Source: the human T2T-CHM13v2.0 reference genome, Homo sapiens. From it: a DNA stretch of 64,000 nucleotides. Numbering within the stretch: the first letter of the stretch is position 1; each line of letters begins with the position of its first letter. The position numbers and the translations under genes are program-made. Shown piece after piece: positions 13,397-26,600 of the stretch. The stretch lies in assembly GCF_009914755.1 (NCBI RefSeq), contig NC_060933.1; one strand, 5' to 3'. The notes beneath the pieces are model-generated. The model did not search any database and had not been told where the DNA came from. It saw only the letters and a program-made list of their open reading frames with translations.

Positions 13397-16300
13397 TCAA
13401 CGCGAGTGCAGGGGAATGGAATGTAATGGAATGCAATGGAATGGAATCTTCCGGAATGGAATGGAATGGAATGGAATGCAATGGATTCAACTCGATTGCA
13501 ACGGAATGGAATAGAATGGAATGGAATGGAATGGAATGGAATTAACCCGAATAGAATGGAATGGAATTGAACGGAATGGAACAGAACGGAATGGAATGGA
13601 ATGGAATGGAATGGAATGGAATGGAATGGAATGGTGTGGAATGGAATGGAATGGAATGAATCAACGCGAGTGCAGGGGAATGTAATGGAACGGAATGTAA
13701 TGGAATGGAATCATCCGGAATGGAATGGAATGGAATGGAATGGAATGGAATCAACCCGAGTGCAATGGAATGGAGTGGAATGGAATGGAATGGAATGGAA
13801 CAACCCGAATGGAATGGAATGTAATGGAGAGTAAGGGAGTTGAATAGAATCAATCCGAATGTAATGGAATGGAATGCAACGGAATGGAATGGAATGGAAT
13901 GGAATGCAATTGAATGGAATCAACCCGAGTACAATGGAATGGAATGGAATGGAATGGAATGGAATGGAATGGAATGGAATGGCTTCAAACCGAATGGAAT
14001 GGAAAGGAATGGAATCAACACGAGTGGAATGGAATGGAATGGAATGGAATGGAATGGAATGGAATGGAATGGTATGGAATAGAATGGAATGGAACGAAAT
14101 GGAATGGAATGGAATGGAATGGAATGGAATGGAATGGAATCGTTCCGAGTGGAATAGGAGGGAATCTATTCGAGTGGATTGGAAAGGAATGGAATCAACC
14201 AGAGTGGAATGGAAGGGAATAGAATGGAATGGAAACCAATAGAATGGAATCAACCCGAGTGGAATGGAATGGAAAGGACTGGAATGGAATGGAATGGAAT
14301 GGAATGGAATGGAATCAACTCGATTGTAATGGAATGGAATGGAATGGAATGGAATGGAATGGAATGGAATGGAATTAACTCAAATACAATGGAATGGAAT
14401 GGAATGGAACAGAATGGAGTGGAATGGAATGGAATCAACCCGAGTGCAGGGCAATGGAATGGAATGGAATGCAATGGAATGGAATCATCCGGAATGGAAT
14501 GGAATGGAATGGAATGCAAAGCAATGGAATCAACTCGATTGCAATGGAATGGAATGGACTGGAAAGGAATACATTGGAATCAACCCGAGTGGAATGGAAT
14601 GGAAAGGACTGGAATGGAGTGGAATGGAATGGAATGGAATGGAATGGAATCAACTCGATTGGAATGGAATGGAATGGAATGGAATGGAATGGAATGGAAT
14701 GGAATGGAATTAACCCGAATAGAATGGAATGGAATTAAATGGAACGGAACGGAATGAAATGGGATGGAATGGAATGGAATGGAATGGAATGGAATGGAAT
14801 GGAATGGAATCAACCCGACTGCAGGGGAATGGAATGGAATGGAATGCAATGGAATGGATTCAACTTGAATGGAATGGAAAGAATGGAATCAACACGAGTG
14901 GCATGGCATGGATTGGAATGGAATGGAATGGAATCAACCCGAGTACAGGGGAATGGAATGGAATGGAATGCAATGGAACGGAATCATCCGTAATGGAATG
15001 GAAAGGAATGGAATGGAATGGAATGGAATGGAATGGAATGGAATGGAATCAACTCGATTGCAATCGAATGGAATGGAATGGAATTAACCCGAATAGAATG
15101 GAATGGAATGGAATGGAACGGAACGGAACGGAACGGAATGGAATGGAATGGAATGGAATGGAACGGAAAGGAACGGAATGGAATGGAATGGAATGGAATG
15201 GAATCAACGCGAGTGCAGGGGAATGGAATGTAATGGAATGCAATGGAATGGAATCTTCCGGAATGGAATGGAATGGAATGAAATGGAATCAACCCGAGTG
15301 CAATGGAATGGAGTGGAATGGAATGGAATAGAATGGAACAACCCGAATGGAATGGAATGTAATGGAGAGTAAGGGAGTTGAATAGAATAATTCCGAATGT
15401 AATGGAATGGAATGGAACGGAATGGAATTGAATGGAATGGAATGGAATGCAATGGAATGGAATCAACCCGAGTGCAATGGAATGGAGAGGAATGGAATGG
15501 AATGGAATGGAAACTACCCGAATGGAATGGAATGTAATGGAGTGTAAGGGAATTGAATAGAATCAATCCGAATGTAATGGAATGGAATGGAACGGAATGG
15601 AATGGAATGGAACGGAATGGAATGGAATGGAATGCAATCAAACCGAGTGCAGTCGAATGGAATCGAATGGAATGCAATGCAATGGAATGGATTCAACTTG
15701 AATGGAATGGAAAGAATGGAATCAACACGAGTGGAATGGCATGGATTGGAATGGAATGGAATGGAATCAACCCGAGTACAGGGGAATGGAATGGAATGGA
15801 ATGCAATGGAATGGAATCATCCGTAATGGAATGGAAAGGAATGGAATGGAATGGAATGGAATGGAATGGAATCAACTCGATTGCAATCGAATGTAATGGA
15901 ATGGAATTAACCCGAATAGAATGGAAGGGAATGGAATGGAACGGAACGGAATGGAATGGAATGGAATGGAATGGAACGGAACGGAACGGAACGGAATGGA
16001 ATGGAATGGAATGGAATGGAATGGAATGGAATGGAATGGAATCAACGCGAGTGTAGGGGAATGGAATGGAATGGAATGCAATGGAATGGAATCTTCCGGA
16101 ATGGAATGGAATGCAATGGAATGAAATGCAATGGATTCAACTCGATTGCAATGGAATGGAATAGAATGGAATGGAATGGAATGGAATGGAATTAACCCGA
16201 ATAGAATGGAATGGAATGGAATGGAACGGAATGGAACGGAATGGAATGGAATGGAATGGAACGGAATGGAATGGAATGGTATGGAATGGAATGGAATGGT

Positions 16301-19300
16301 ACGGAATAGAATGGAATGGAACGAATTGTAATGGAATGGAATTGAATGGAATGGAATGGAATGGAATGGAATCAACGCGAGTGCAGGGGAATGCAATGGA
16401 ACGGAATGCAATGGAATGGAATCATCCGGAATGGAATGGAATGGAATGGAATGGAATCAACCCGAGTGCAATGGAATGGAGTGGAATGGAATGGAATGGA
16501 ATGGAACAACCCGAATGGAATGGAATGGAATGGAGAGTAAGGGAGTTGAATAGAATCAATCCGAATGTAATGGAATGGAAAGCAACGGAATGGAATGGAA
16601 TGGAATGGAATGGAATGCAATGGAATGGAATCAACCCGAGTACAATGGAATGGAATGGAATGCAATGGAATGGAATGGAATGGAATGGAATGGAATGGAA
16701 TGGAATTGAATGGATTGGAATGCCTTCAAACCGAATGGAATGGAAAGGAATGAATGGAATGGAATGGAATGCAATGGAATGGAATCAACCCGAGTGCAAT
16801 GGAATGGAGAGGAATGGAATGGAATGGAATGGAAACTACCCGAATGGAATGGAATGTAATGGAGTGTAAGGGAATTGAATAGAATCAATCCGAATGTAAT
16901 GGAATGGAATGGAACGGAATGGAATGGAATGGAACGGAATGGAATGGAATGGAATGCAATCAAACCGAGTGCAGTCGAATGGAATCGAATGGAATGCAAT
17001 GCAATGGAATGGATTCAACTTGAATGGAATGGAAAGAATGGAATCAACACGAGTGGAATGGCATGGATTGGAATGGAATGGAATGGAATCAACCCGAGTA
17101 CAGGGGAATGGAATGGAATGGAATGCAATGGAATGGAATCATCCGTAATGGAATGGAAAGGAATGGAATGGAATGGAATGGAATGGAATGGAATGGAATG
17201 GAATGGAATCAACTCGATTGCAATCGAATGTAATGGAATGGAATTAACCCGAATAGAATGGAAGGGAATGGAATGGAACGGAACGGAATGGAATGGAATG
17301 GAATGGAATGGAACGGAACGGAACGGAACGGAATGGAATGGAATGGAATGGAATGGAATGGAATGGAATGGAATGGAATCAACGCGAGTGTAGGGGAATG
17401 GAATGGAATGGAATGCAATGGAATGGAATCTTCCGGAATGGAATGGAATGCAATGGAATGAAATGCAATGGATTCAACTCGATTGCAATGGAATGGAATA
17501 GAATGGAATGGAATGGAATGGAATGGAATTAACCCGAATAGAATGGAATGGAATGGAATGGAACGGAATGGAACGGAATGGAATGGAATGGAATGGAACG
17601 GAATGGAATGGAATGGTATGGAATGGAATGGAATGGTACGGAATAGAATGGAATGGAACGAATTGTAATGGAATGGAATTGAATGGAATGGAATGGAATG
17701 GAATGGAATCAACGCGAGTGCAGGGGAATGCAATGGAACGGAATGCAATGGAATGGAATCATCCGGAATGGAATGGAATGGAATGGAATGGAATCAACCC
17801 GAGTGCAATGGAATGGAGTGGAATGGAATGGAATGGAATGGAACAACCCGAATGGAATGGAATGGAATGGAGAGTAAGGGAGTTGAATAGAATCAATCCG
17901 AATGTAATGGAATGGAAAGCAACGGAATGGAATGGAATGGAATGGAATGGAATGCAATGGAATGGAATCAACCCGAGTACAATGGAATGGAATGGAATGC
18001 AATGGAATGGAATGGAATGGAATGGAATGGAATGGAATGGAATTGAATGGATTGGAATGCCTTCAAACCGAATGGAATGGAAAGGAATGGAATCAACACG
18101 AGTGGAATGGAATGGAATGGAAAGGAATGGAATGGAATGGAATGGTACGGAATAGAATGGAATGGAACGAAATGGAATGGAATGGAATGGAATGGAATGG
18201 AATCATTCCGAGTGGAATAGGAGGGAATGTATTCGAGTGGAATGGAAAGGAATGGAATCAACCAGAGTGGAATGGAAGGGAATGGAATGGAATGGAAACT
18301 AATAGAATGGAATCAACCCGAGTGGAATGGAATGGAAATGACTGGAATGGAATGGAATGGAATGGAATGGAATCATCTCGATTGTAATGGATTGGAATGG
18401 AATGGAATGGAATGGAATGGAATGGAATGGAATTAACCAGAATACAACGGAATGGAATGGCATGGAACGGAATGGAGTGGAATGGAATGGAATCAACCCG
18501 AGTGCAGGGGAATGGAATGGAATGGAATGCAATGGAATGGAATCATCCGGAATGGAATGGAATGGAATGGAATGCAAAGCAATGGAATCAACTCGATTGC
18601 AATGGAATGGAATGGAATGGAAAGGAATACATTGGAATCAACCCGAGTGGAATGGAATGGAAAGGACTGGAATGGAGTGGAATGGAATGGAATGGAATGG
18701 AATGGAATCAACTCGATTGGAATGGAATGGAATGGAATGGAATGGAATGGAATGGAATGGAATTAACCCGAATAGAATGGAATGGAATTAAATGGAAAGG
18801 AACGGAATGGAATGGAATGGAATGGAATGGAATGGAATGGAATGGAATCAACCCGACTGAAGGGGAATGGAATGGAATGGAATGCAATGGAATGGATTCA
18901 ACTTGAATGGAATGGAAAGAATGGAATCAACACGAGTGGAATGGCATGGATTGCAATGGAATGGAATGGAATCAACCCGAGTACAGGGGAATGGAATGGA
19001 ATGGAATGCAATGGAATGGAATCATCCGTAATGGAATGGAAAGGAATGGAATGGAATGGAATGGAATGGAATGGAATGGAATGGAATGGAATGGAATCAA
19101 CTCGATTTCAATGGAATGGAATGGAATGGAATTAACCCGAATAGAATGGAATGGAATGGAATGGAACGGAATGGAACGGAATGGAAAGGAATGGAATGGA
19201 ATGGAATGGAATGGAAAGGAATGGAATGGAATGGAATGGAATGGAATGGAATGGAATCAACGCGAGTGCAGGGGAATGGAATGTAATGGAATGCAATGGA

Positions 19301-22300
19301 ATGGAATCTCCCGGAATGGAATGGAATGGAATGGAATGCAATGGATTCAACTCGATTGCAACGGAATGGAATAGAATGGAATGGAATGGAATGGAATGGA
19401 ATTAACCCGAATAGAATGGAATGGAATTGAACGGAATGGAACGGAACGGAATGGAATGGAATGGAATGGAATGGAATGGAATGGAATGGTGTGGAATGGA
19501 ATGGTGTGGAATGGAATGGAATGGAATGAATCAACGCGAGTGCAGGGGAATGTAATGGAACGGAATGTAATGGAATGGAATCATCCGGAATGGAATGGAA
19601 TGGAATGGAATGGAATGGAATCAACCCGAGTGAAATGGAATGGAGTGGAATGGAATGGAATGGAATGGAACAACCCGAATGGAATGGAATGTAATGGAGA
19701 GTAAGGGAGTTGAATAGAATCAATCCGAATGTAATGGAATGGAATGCAACGGAATGGAATGGAATGGAATGGAATGCAATTGAATGGAATCAACCCGAGT
19801 ACAATGGAATGGAATGGAATGGAATGGAATGGAATGGAATGGAATCGTTCCGAGTGGAATAGGAGGGAATCTATTCGAGTGGATTGGAAAGGAATGGAAT
19901 CAACCAGAGTGGAATGGAAGGGAATAGAATGGAATGGAAACCAATAGAATGGAATCAACCCGAGTGGAATGGAATGGAAAGGACTGGAATGGAATGGAAT
20001 GGAATGGAATGGAATGGAATCAACTCGATTGTAATGGAATGGAATGGAATGGAATGGAATGGAATGGAATGGAATGGAATGGAATTAACTCAAATACAAT
20101 GGAATGGAATGGAATGGAACGGAATGGAGTGGAATGGAATGGAATCAACCCGAGTGCAGGGCAATGGAATGGAATGGAATGCAATGGAATGGAATCATCC
20201 GGAATGGAATGGAATGGAATGGAATGCAAAGCAATGGAATCAACTCGATTGCAATGGAATGGAATGGACTGGAAAGGAATACATTGGAATCAACCCGAGT
20301 GGAATGGAATGGAAAGGACTGGAATGGAGTGGAATGGAACGGAATGGAATGGAATGGAATCAACTCGATTGGAATGGAATGGAATGGAATGGAATGGAAT
20401 GGAATGGAATGGAATTAACCCGAATAGAATGGAATGGAATTAAATGGAACGGAACGGAATGAAATGGGATGGAATGGAATGGAATGGAATGGAATGGAAT
20501 GGAATGGAATGGAATCAACCCGACTGCAGGGGAATGGAATGGAATGGAATGCAATGGAATGGATTCAACTTGAATGGAATGGAAAGAATGGAATCAACAC
20601 GAGTGGAATGGCATGGATTGGAATGGAATGGAATGGAATCAACCCGAGTACAGGGGAATGGAATGGAATGGAATGCAATGGAACGGAATCATCCGTAATG
20701 GAATGGAAAGGAATGGAATGGAATGGAATGGAATGGAATGGAATGGAATGGAATCAACTCGATTGCAATCGAATGGAATGGAATGGAATTAACCCGAATA
20801 GAATGGAATGGAATGGAATGGAACGGAACGGAACGGAACGGAATGGAATGGAATGGAATGGAACGGAAAGGAACGGAATGGAATGGAATGGAATGGAATG
20901 GAATCAACGCGAGTGCAGGGGAATGGAATGTAATGGAATGCAATGGAATGGAATCTTCCGGAATGGAATGGAATGGAATGAAATGGAATCAACCCGAGTG
21001 CAATGGAATGGAGTGGAATGGAATGGAATAGAATGGAACAACCCGAATGGAATGGAATGTAATGGAGAGTAAGGGAGTTGAATAGAATAATTCCGAATGT
21101 AATGGAATGGAATGGAACGGAATGGAATTGAATGGAATGGAATGGAATGCAATGGAATGGAATCAACCCGAGTGCAATGGAATGGAGAGGAATGGAATGG
21201 AATGGAATGGAAACTACCCGAATGGAATGGAATGTAATGGAGTGTAAGGGAATTGAATAGAATCAATCCGAATGTAATGGAATGGAATGGAACGGAATGG
21301 AATGGAATGGAACGGAATGGAATGGAATGGAATGGAATCAAACCGAGTGCAATCGAATGGAATCGAATGGAATGCAATGCAATGGAATGGATTCAACTTG
21401 AATGGAATGGAAAGAATGGAATCAACACGAGTGGAATGGCATGGATTGGAATGGAATGGAATGGAATCAACCCGAGTACAGGGGAATGGAATGGAATGGA
21501 ATGCAATGGAATGGAATCATCCGTAATGGAATGGAAAGGAATGGAATGGAATGGAATGGAATGGAATGGAATGGAATGGAATGGAATCAACTCGATTGCA
21601 ATCGAATGTAATGGAATGGAATTAACCCGAATAGAATGGAATGGAATGGAATGGAACGGAACGGAATGGAATGGAATGGAATGGAATGGAACGGAACGGA
21701 ACGGAACGGAACGGAATGGAATGGAATGGAATGGAATGGAATGGAATGGAATCAACGCGAGTGTAGGGGAATGGAATGGAATGGAATGCAATGGAATGGA
21801 ATCTTCCGGAATGGAATGGAATGGAATGGAATGAAATGCAATGGATTCAACTCGATTGCAATGGAATGGAATAGAATGGAATGGAATGGAATGGAATGGA
21901 ATTAACCCGAATAGAATGGAATGGAATGGAATGGAACGGAATGGAACGGAATGGAATGGAATGGAATGGAACGGAATGGAATGGAATGGTATGGAATGGA
22001 ATGGAATGGTACGGAATAGAATGGAATGGAACGAATTGTAATGGAATGGAATTGAATGGAATGGAATGGAATGGAATGGAATCAACGCGAGTGCAGGGGA
22101 ATGCAATGGAACGGAATGCAATGGAATGGAATCATCCGGAATGGAATGGAATGGAATGGAATGGAATCAACCCGAGTGCAATGGAATGGAGTGGAATGGA
22201 ATGGAATGGAATGGAACAACCCGAATGGAATGGAATGGAATGGAGAGTAAGGGAGTTGAATAGAATCAATCCGAATGTAATGGAATGGAAAGCAACGGAA

Positions 22301-23640
22301 TGGAATGGAATGGAATGGAATGGAATGCAATGGAATGGAATGGAATGGAATGGAATGGAATGGAATGGAATTGAATGGATTGGAATGCCTTCAAACCGAA
22401 TGGAATGGAAAGGAATGGAATCAACACGAGTGGAATGGAATGGAATGGAAAGGAATGGAATGGAATGGAATGGCACGGAATAGAATGGAATGGAACGAAA
22501 TGGAATGGAATGGAATGGAATGGAATGGAATCATTCCGAGTGGAATAGGAGGGAATGTATTCGAGTGGAATGGAAAAGAATGGAATCAACCAGAGTGGAA
22601 TGGAAGGGAATGGAATGGAATGGAAACTAATAGAATGGAATCAACCCGAGTGGAATGGAATGGAAATGACTGGAATGGAATGGAATGGAATGGAATGGAA
22701 TCATCTCGATTGTAATGGATTGGAATGGAATGGAATGGAATGGAATGGAATGGAATGGAATTAACCCGAATACAACGGAATGGAATGGCATGGAACGGAA
22801 TGGAGTGGAATGGAATGGAATCAACCCGAGTGCAGGGGAATGGAATGGAATGGAATGCAATGGAATGGAATCATCCGGAATGGAATGGAATGGAATGGAA
22901 TGCAAAGCAATGGAATCAACTCGATTGCAATGGAATGGAATGGAATGGAAAGGAATACATTGGAATCAACCCGAGTGGAATGGAATGGAAAGGACTGGAA
23001 TGGAGTGGAATGGAATGGAATGGAATGGAATGGAATCAACTCGATTGGAATGGAATGGAATGGAATGGAATGGAATGGAATGGAATGGAATTAACCCGAA
23101 TAGAATGGAATGGAATTAAATGGAAAGGAACGGAATGGAATGGAATGGAATGGAATGGAATGGAATGGAATCAACCCGACTGAAGGGGAATGGAATGGAA
23201 TGGAATGCAATGGAATGGATTCAACTTGAATGGAATGGAAAGAATGGAATCAACACGAGTGGAATGGCATGGATTGCAATGGAATGGAATGGAATCAACC
23301 CGAGTACAGGGGAATGGAATGGAATGGAATGCAATGGAATGGAATCATCCGTAATGGAATGGAAAGGAATGGAATGGAATGGAATGGAATGGAATGGAAT
23401 GGAATGGAATCAACTCGATTTCAATGGAATGGAATGGAATGGAATTAACCCGAATAGAATGGAATGGAATGGAATGGAACGGAATGGAACGGAATGGAAT
23501 GGAATGGAATGGAATGGAATGGAAAGGAATGGAATGGAATGGAATGGAATGGAATGGAATCAACGCGAGTGCAGGGGAATGGAATGTAATGGAATGCAAT
23601 GGAATGGAATCTCCCGGAATGGAATGGAATGGAATGGAAT
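13397..23640 (+). repeat. Tandem higher-order duplication: copy 1 ~13397-19257 (contains the 1.33 kb internal duplication), copy 2 ~19258-23560 (~4.3 kb), start of copy 3 at ~23561
   Basis: Shared private variants: GATTGCAACGG (~13494/19354), GAATGAATCAACGCG (~13655/19525), GGAATCTATTCGAGTGGATT (14161/19866), TTAACTCAAATAC (~14375/20085), GCAGGGCAAT, GAAATGGGAT, CATCTCGATT, CGACTGAAGG and CTCCCGG (19308/23611). ORF offsets are ~5700-5870 before and ~4320-4370 after the internal duplication. Confidence 0.88.
15429..18087 (+). repeat. Recent head-to-tail duplication, 1322 bp (15429-16750) + 1337 bp (16751-18087)
   Basis: Identical ORF translations at offsets 1322 (15514/16836) and 1337 (15872/17209, 16422/17759). 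Private CAAACCGAGTGCAGTCG occurs in both copies. The junction GGAAAGGAA|TGAATGG lies at 16750/16751. Confidence 0.93.
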
Positions 23641-26600
23641 CAACCCGAGTGCAATGGAATGGAGTGGCATGGAATGGAATGGAATGGAACAACCCGAATG
23701 GAATGGAATGTAATGGAGAGTAAGGCAGTTGAATAGAATCAATCCGAATGTAATGGAATGGAATGGAACGGAATGGAATTGAATGGAATGGAATGGAATG
23801 CAATGGAATGGAATCAACCCGAGTGCAATGGAATGGAGAGGAATGGAATGGAATGGAATGGAAACTACCCGAATGGAATGGAATGTAATGGAGTGTAAGG
23901 AAATTGAATAGAATCAATCCGAATGTAATGGAATGGAATGGAATGGAATGGAATGGAATGGAATGGAATGGAATGGAATGCAATGGAATGGAATCAACCC
24001 GAGTGCAATCGAATGGAATCGAATGGAATGGAATGCAATGGAATAGATTCAACTTGAATGGAATGGAAAGAATGGAATCAACACGAGTGGAAGGGCATGG
24101 ATTGGAATGGAATGGAATGGAATCAACCCGAGTACAGGGGAATGGAATGGAATGGAATGCAATGGAATGGAATCATCCGTAATGGAATGGAATGGAATGG
24201 AATGGAATGGAATGGAATCAACACGATTGCAATCGAATGGAATGGAATGGAATTAACCCGAATAGAATGGAATGGAATGGAATGGAACGGAACGGAATGG
24301 AATGGAATGGAATGGAATGGAATGGAACGGAACGGAATGGAATGGAATGGAATGGAATGGAATGGAATGGAATCAACGCGAGTGCAGGGGAATGGAATGG
24401 AATGGAATGCAATGCAATGGAATCTTCCGGAATGGAATGGAATGGAATGGAATGGAATGGAATGGAATGCAATGGATTCAACTCGATTGCAATGGAATGG
24501 AATAGAATGGAATGGAATGGAATGGAATGGAATTAACCCGAATAGAATGGAATGGAATGGAATGGAACGGAATGGAATGGAATGGAATGGAATGGAATGG
24601 AATGGTACGGAATAGAATGGAATGGAACGAATTGTAATGGAATGGAATTGAATGGAATGGAATGGAATGGAATGGAATCAACGCGAGTGCAGGGGAATGT
24701 AATGGAAAGGAATGCAATGGAATGGAATCATCCGGAATTGAATGGAATGGAATGGAATCAACCCGAGTGCAATGGAATGGAATGGAATGGAATGGAATGG
24801 AATGGAACAACCCGAATGGAATGGAATGTAATGGAGAGTAAGGGAGTTGAATAGAATCAATCCGAATGTAATGGAATGGAATGCAACGGAATGGAATGGA
24901 ATGGAATGGAATGGAATGGAATGGAATGGAATGCAATGGAATGGAATCAACCAGAGTACAAGGGAATGGAATGGAATGGAATGGAATGGAATGGAATGGA
25001 ATGGAATGGAATTGAATGGAATGGAATGCCTTCAAACCGAATGGAAAGGAAAGCAATGGAATCAACACGAGTGGAATGGAATGGAATGGAAAGGAATGGA
25101 ATGGAATGGAATGGTACGGTATAGAATGGAATGGAACGAAATGGAATGGAATGCAATGGAATGGAATGGAATGGAATGGAATGGAATGGAATGGAATGGA
25201 ATCGTTCCGAGTGGAATAGGAGGGAATGTATTCGAGTGGAATGGAAAGGAATGGAATCAACCAGAGTGGAATGGAAGGGAATGGAATGGAATGGAAACTA
25301 ATAGAATGGAATCAACCCGAGTGGAATGGAATGGAAAGGACTGGAATGGAATGGAATGAAATGGAATGGAATCAACTCGATTGTAATGGAATGGAATGGA
25401 ATGGAATGGAATGGAATGGAATTAACCCGAATACAATGGAATGGAATGGAATGGAACGGAATGGAGTGGAATGGAATGGAATCAACCCGAGTGCAGGGGA
25501 ATGGAATGGAATGGAATGGAATGGAATCAACTCGATTGGAATGGAATGGAATGGAATGGAATGGAATGGAATTAACCCGAATACAATGGAATGGAATGGA
25601 ATGGAACGGAATGGAATGGAATAGAATGGAATGGAATGGAATGGAATGGAATCAACCCGACTGCAGAGGAATGGAATGGAATGGAATGCAATGGAATGGA
25701 ATCATCCGGAACGGAATGGAATGGAATGGAATGGAATCAACTCGATTGCAATGGAATGGAATGGAATGGAATGGAATCAAATGGAATGGAATGGAATTAA
25801 CCCGAATAGAATGGAATGGATTGGAATGGAATGGAATGGAACGGAACGGAACGGAATGGAATGGAATGGAATGGAATGGAATGGAATCAACCCGAGTGCA
25901 GGGGAATGGAATGGAATGGAATGCAATGGAATGGAATCATCCGGAATGGAATGGAATGGTATGGAATGGAATGCAATCAACCTGATGCAATGGAATGGAG
26001 TGGAATGGAATGGAATGGAATGGAAACATCCCGAATGGAATGGAATGTAATGGAGTGTAAGGGAATTGAATAGAATCAATCCGAATGTAATGGAATGGAA
26101 TGGAATGAAATGAAATGGAATGGAATGGAATGGAATCAACCAGAGTGCAATGGGATGGATTCGAATGGAATGGAATGGAATGGAATGGAATCAACCCGAG
26201 TGCAGGGGAATGGAATGGAATGGAATGCAATCGAATGGAATCATCCGGAATGGAATGGAATGGAATGGCATGGAATGGAATGGAATGGAATCAACTCGAT
26301 TTCAATGGAATGGAATGGAATAGAATGGAATGGAATTAACACGAATAGAATGGAATGGAATGGAATGGAACAGAAAGGAATGGAATGGAATGGAATCATC
26401 CCAAGTGCAGGGGAATGGAATGGAATGGAATTCAATGGAATGGAATCATCCGGAATGGAATGGAATGGAATGGAATGGAATGGAGTGGAATGGAATGGAA
26501 TCAACCCGTGTGCAATGGAATGGAGAGGAATGGAATGGAATGGAATGGAAACTACCCGAATGGAATGGAATGTAATGGAGTGTAAGGGAATTGATTAGAA

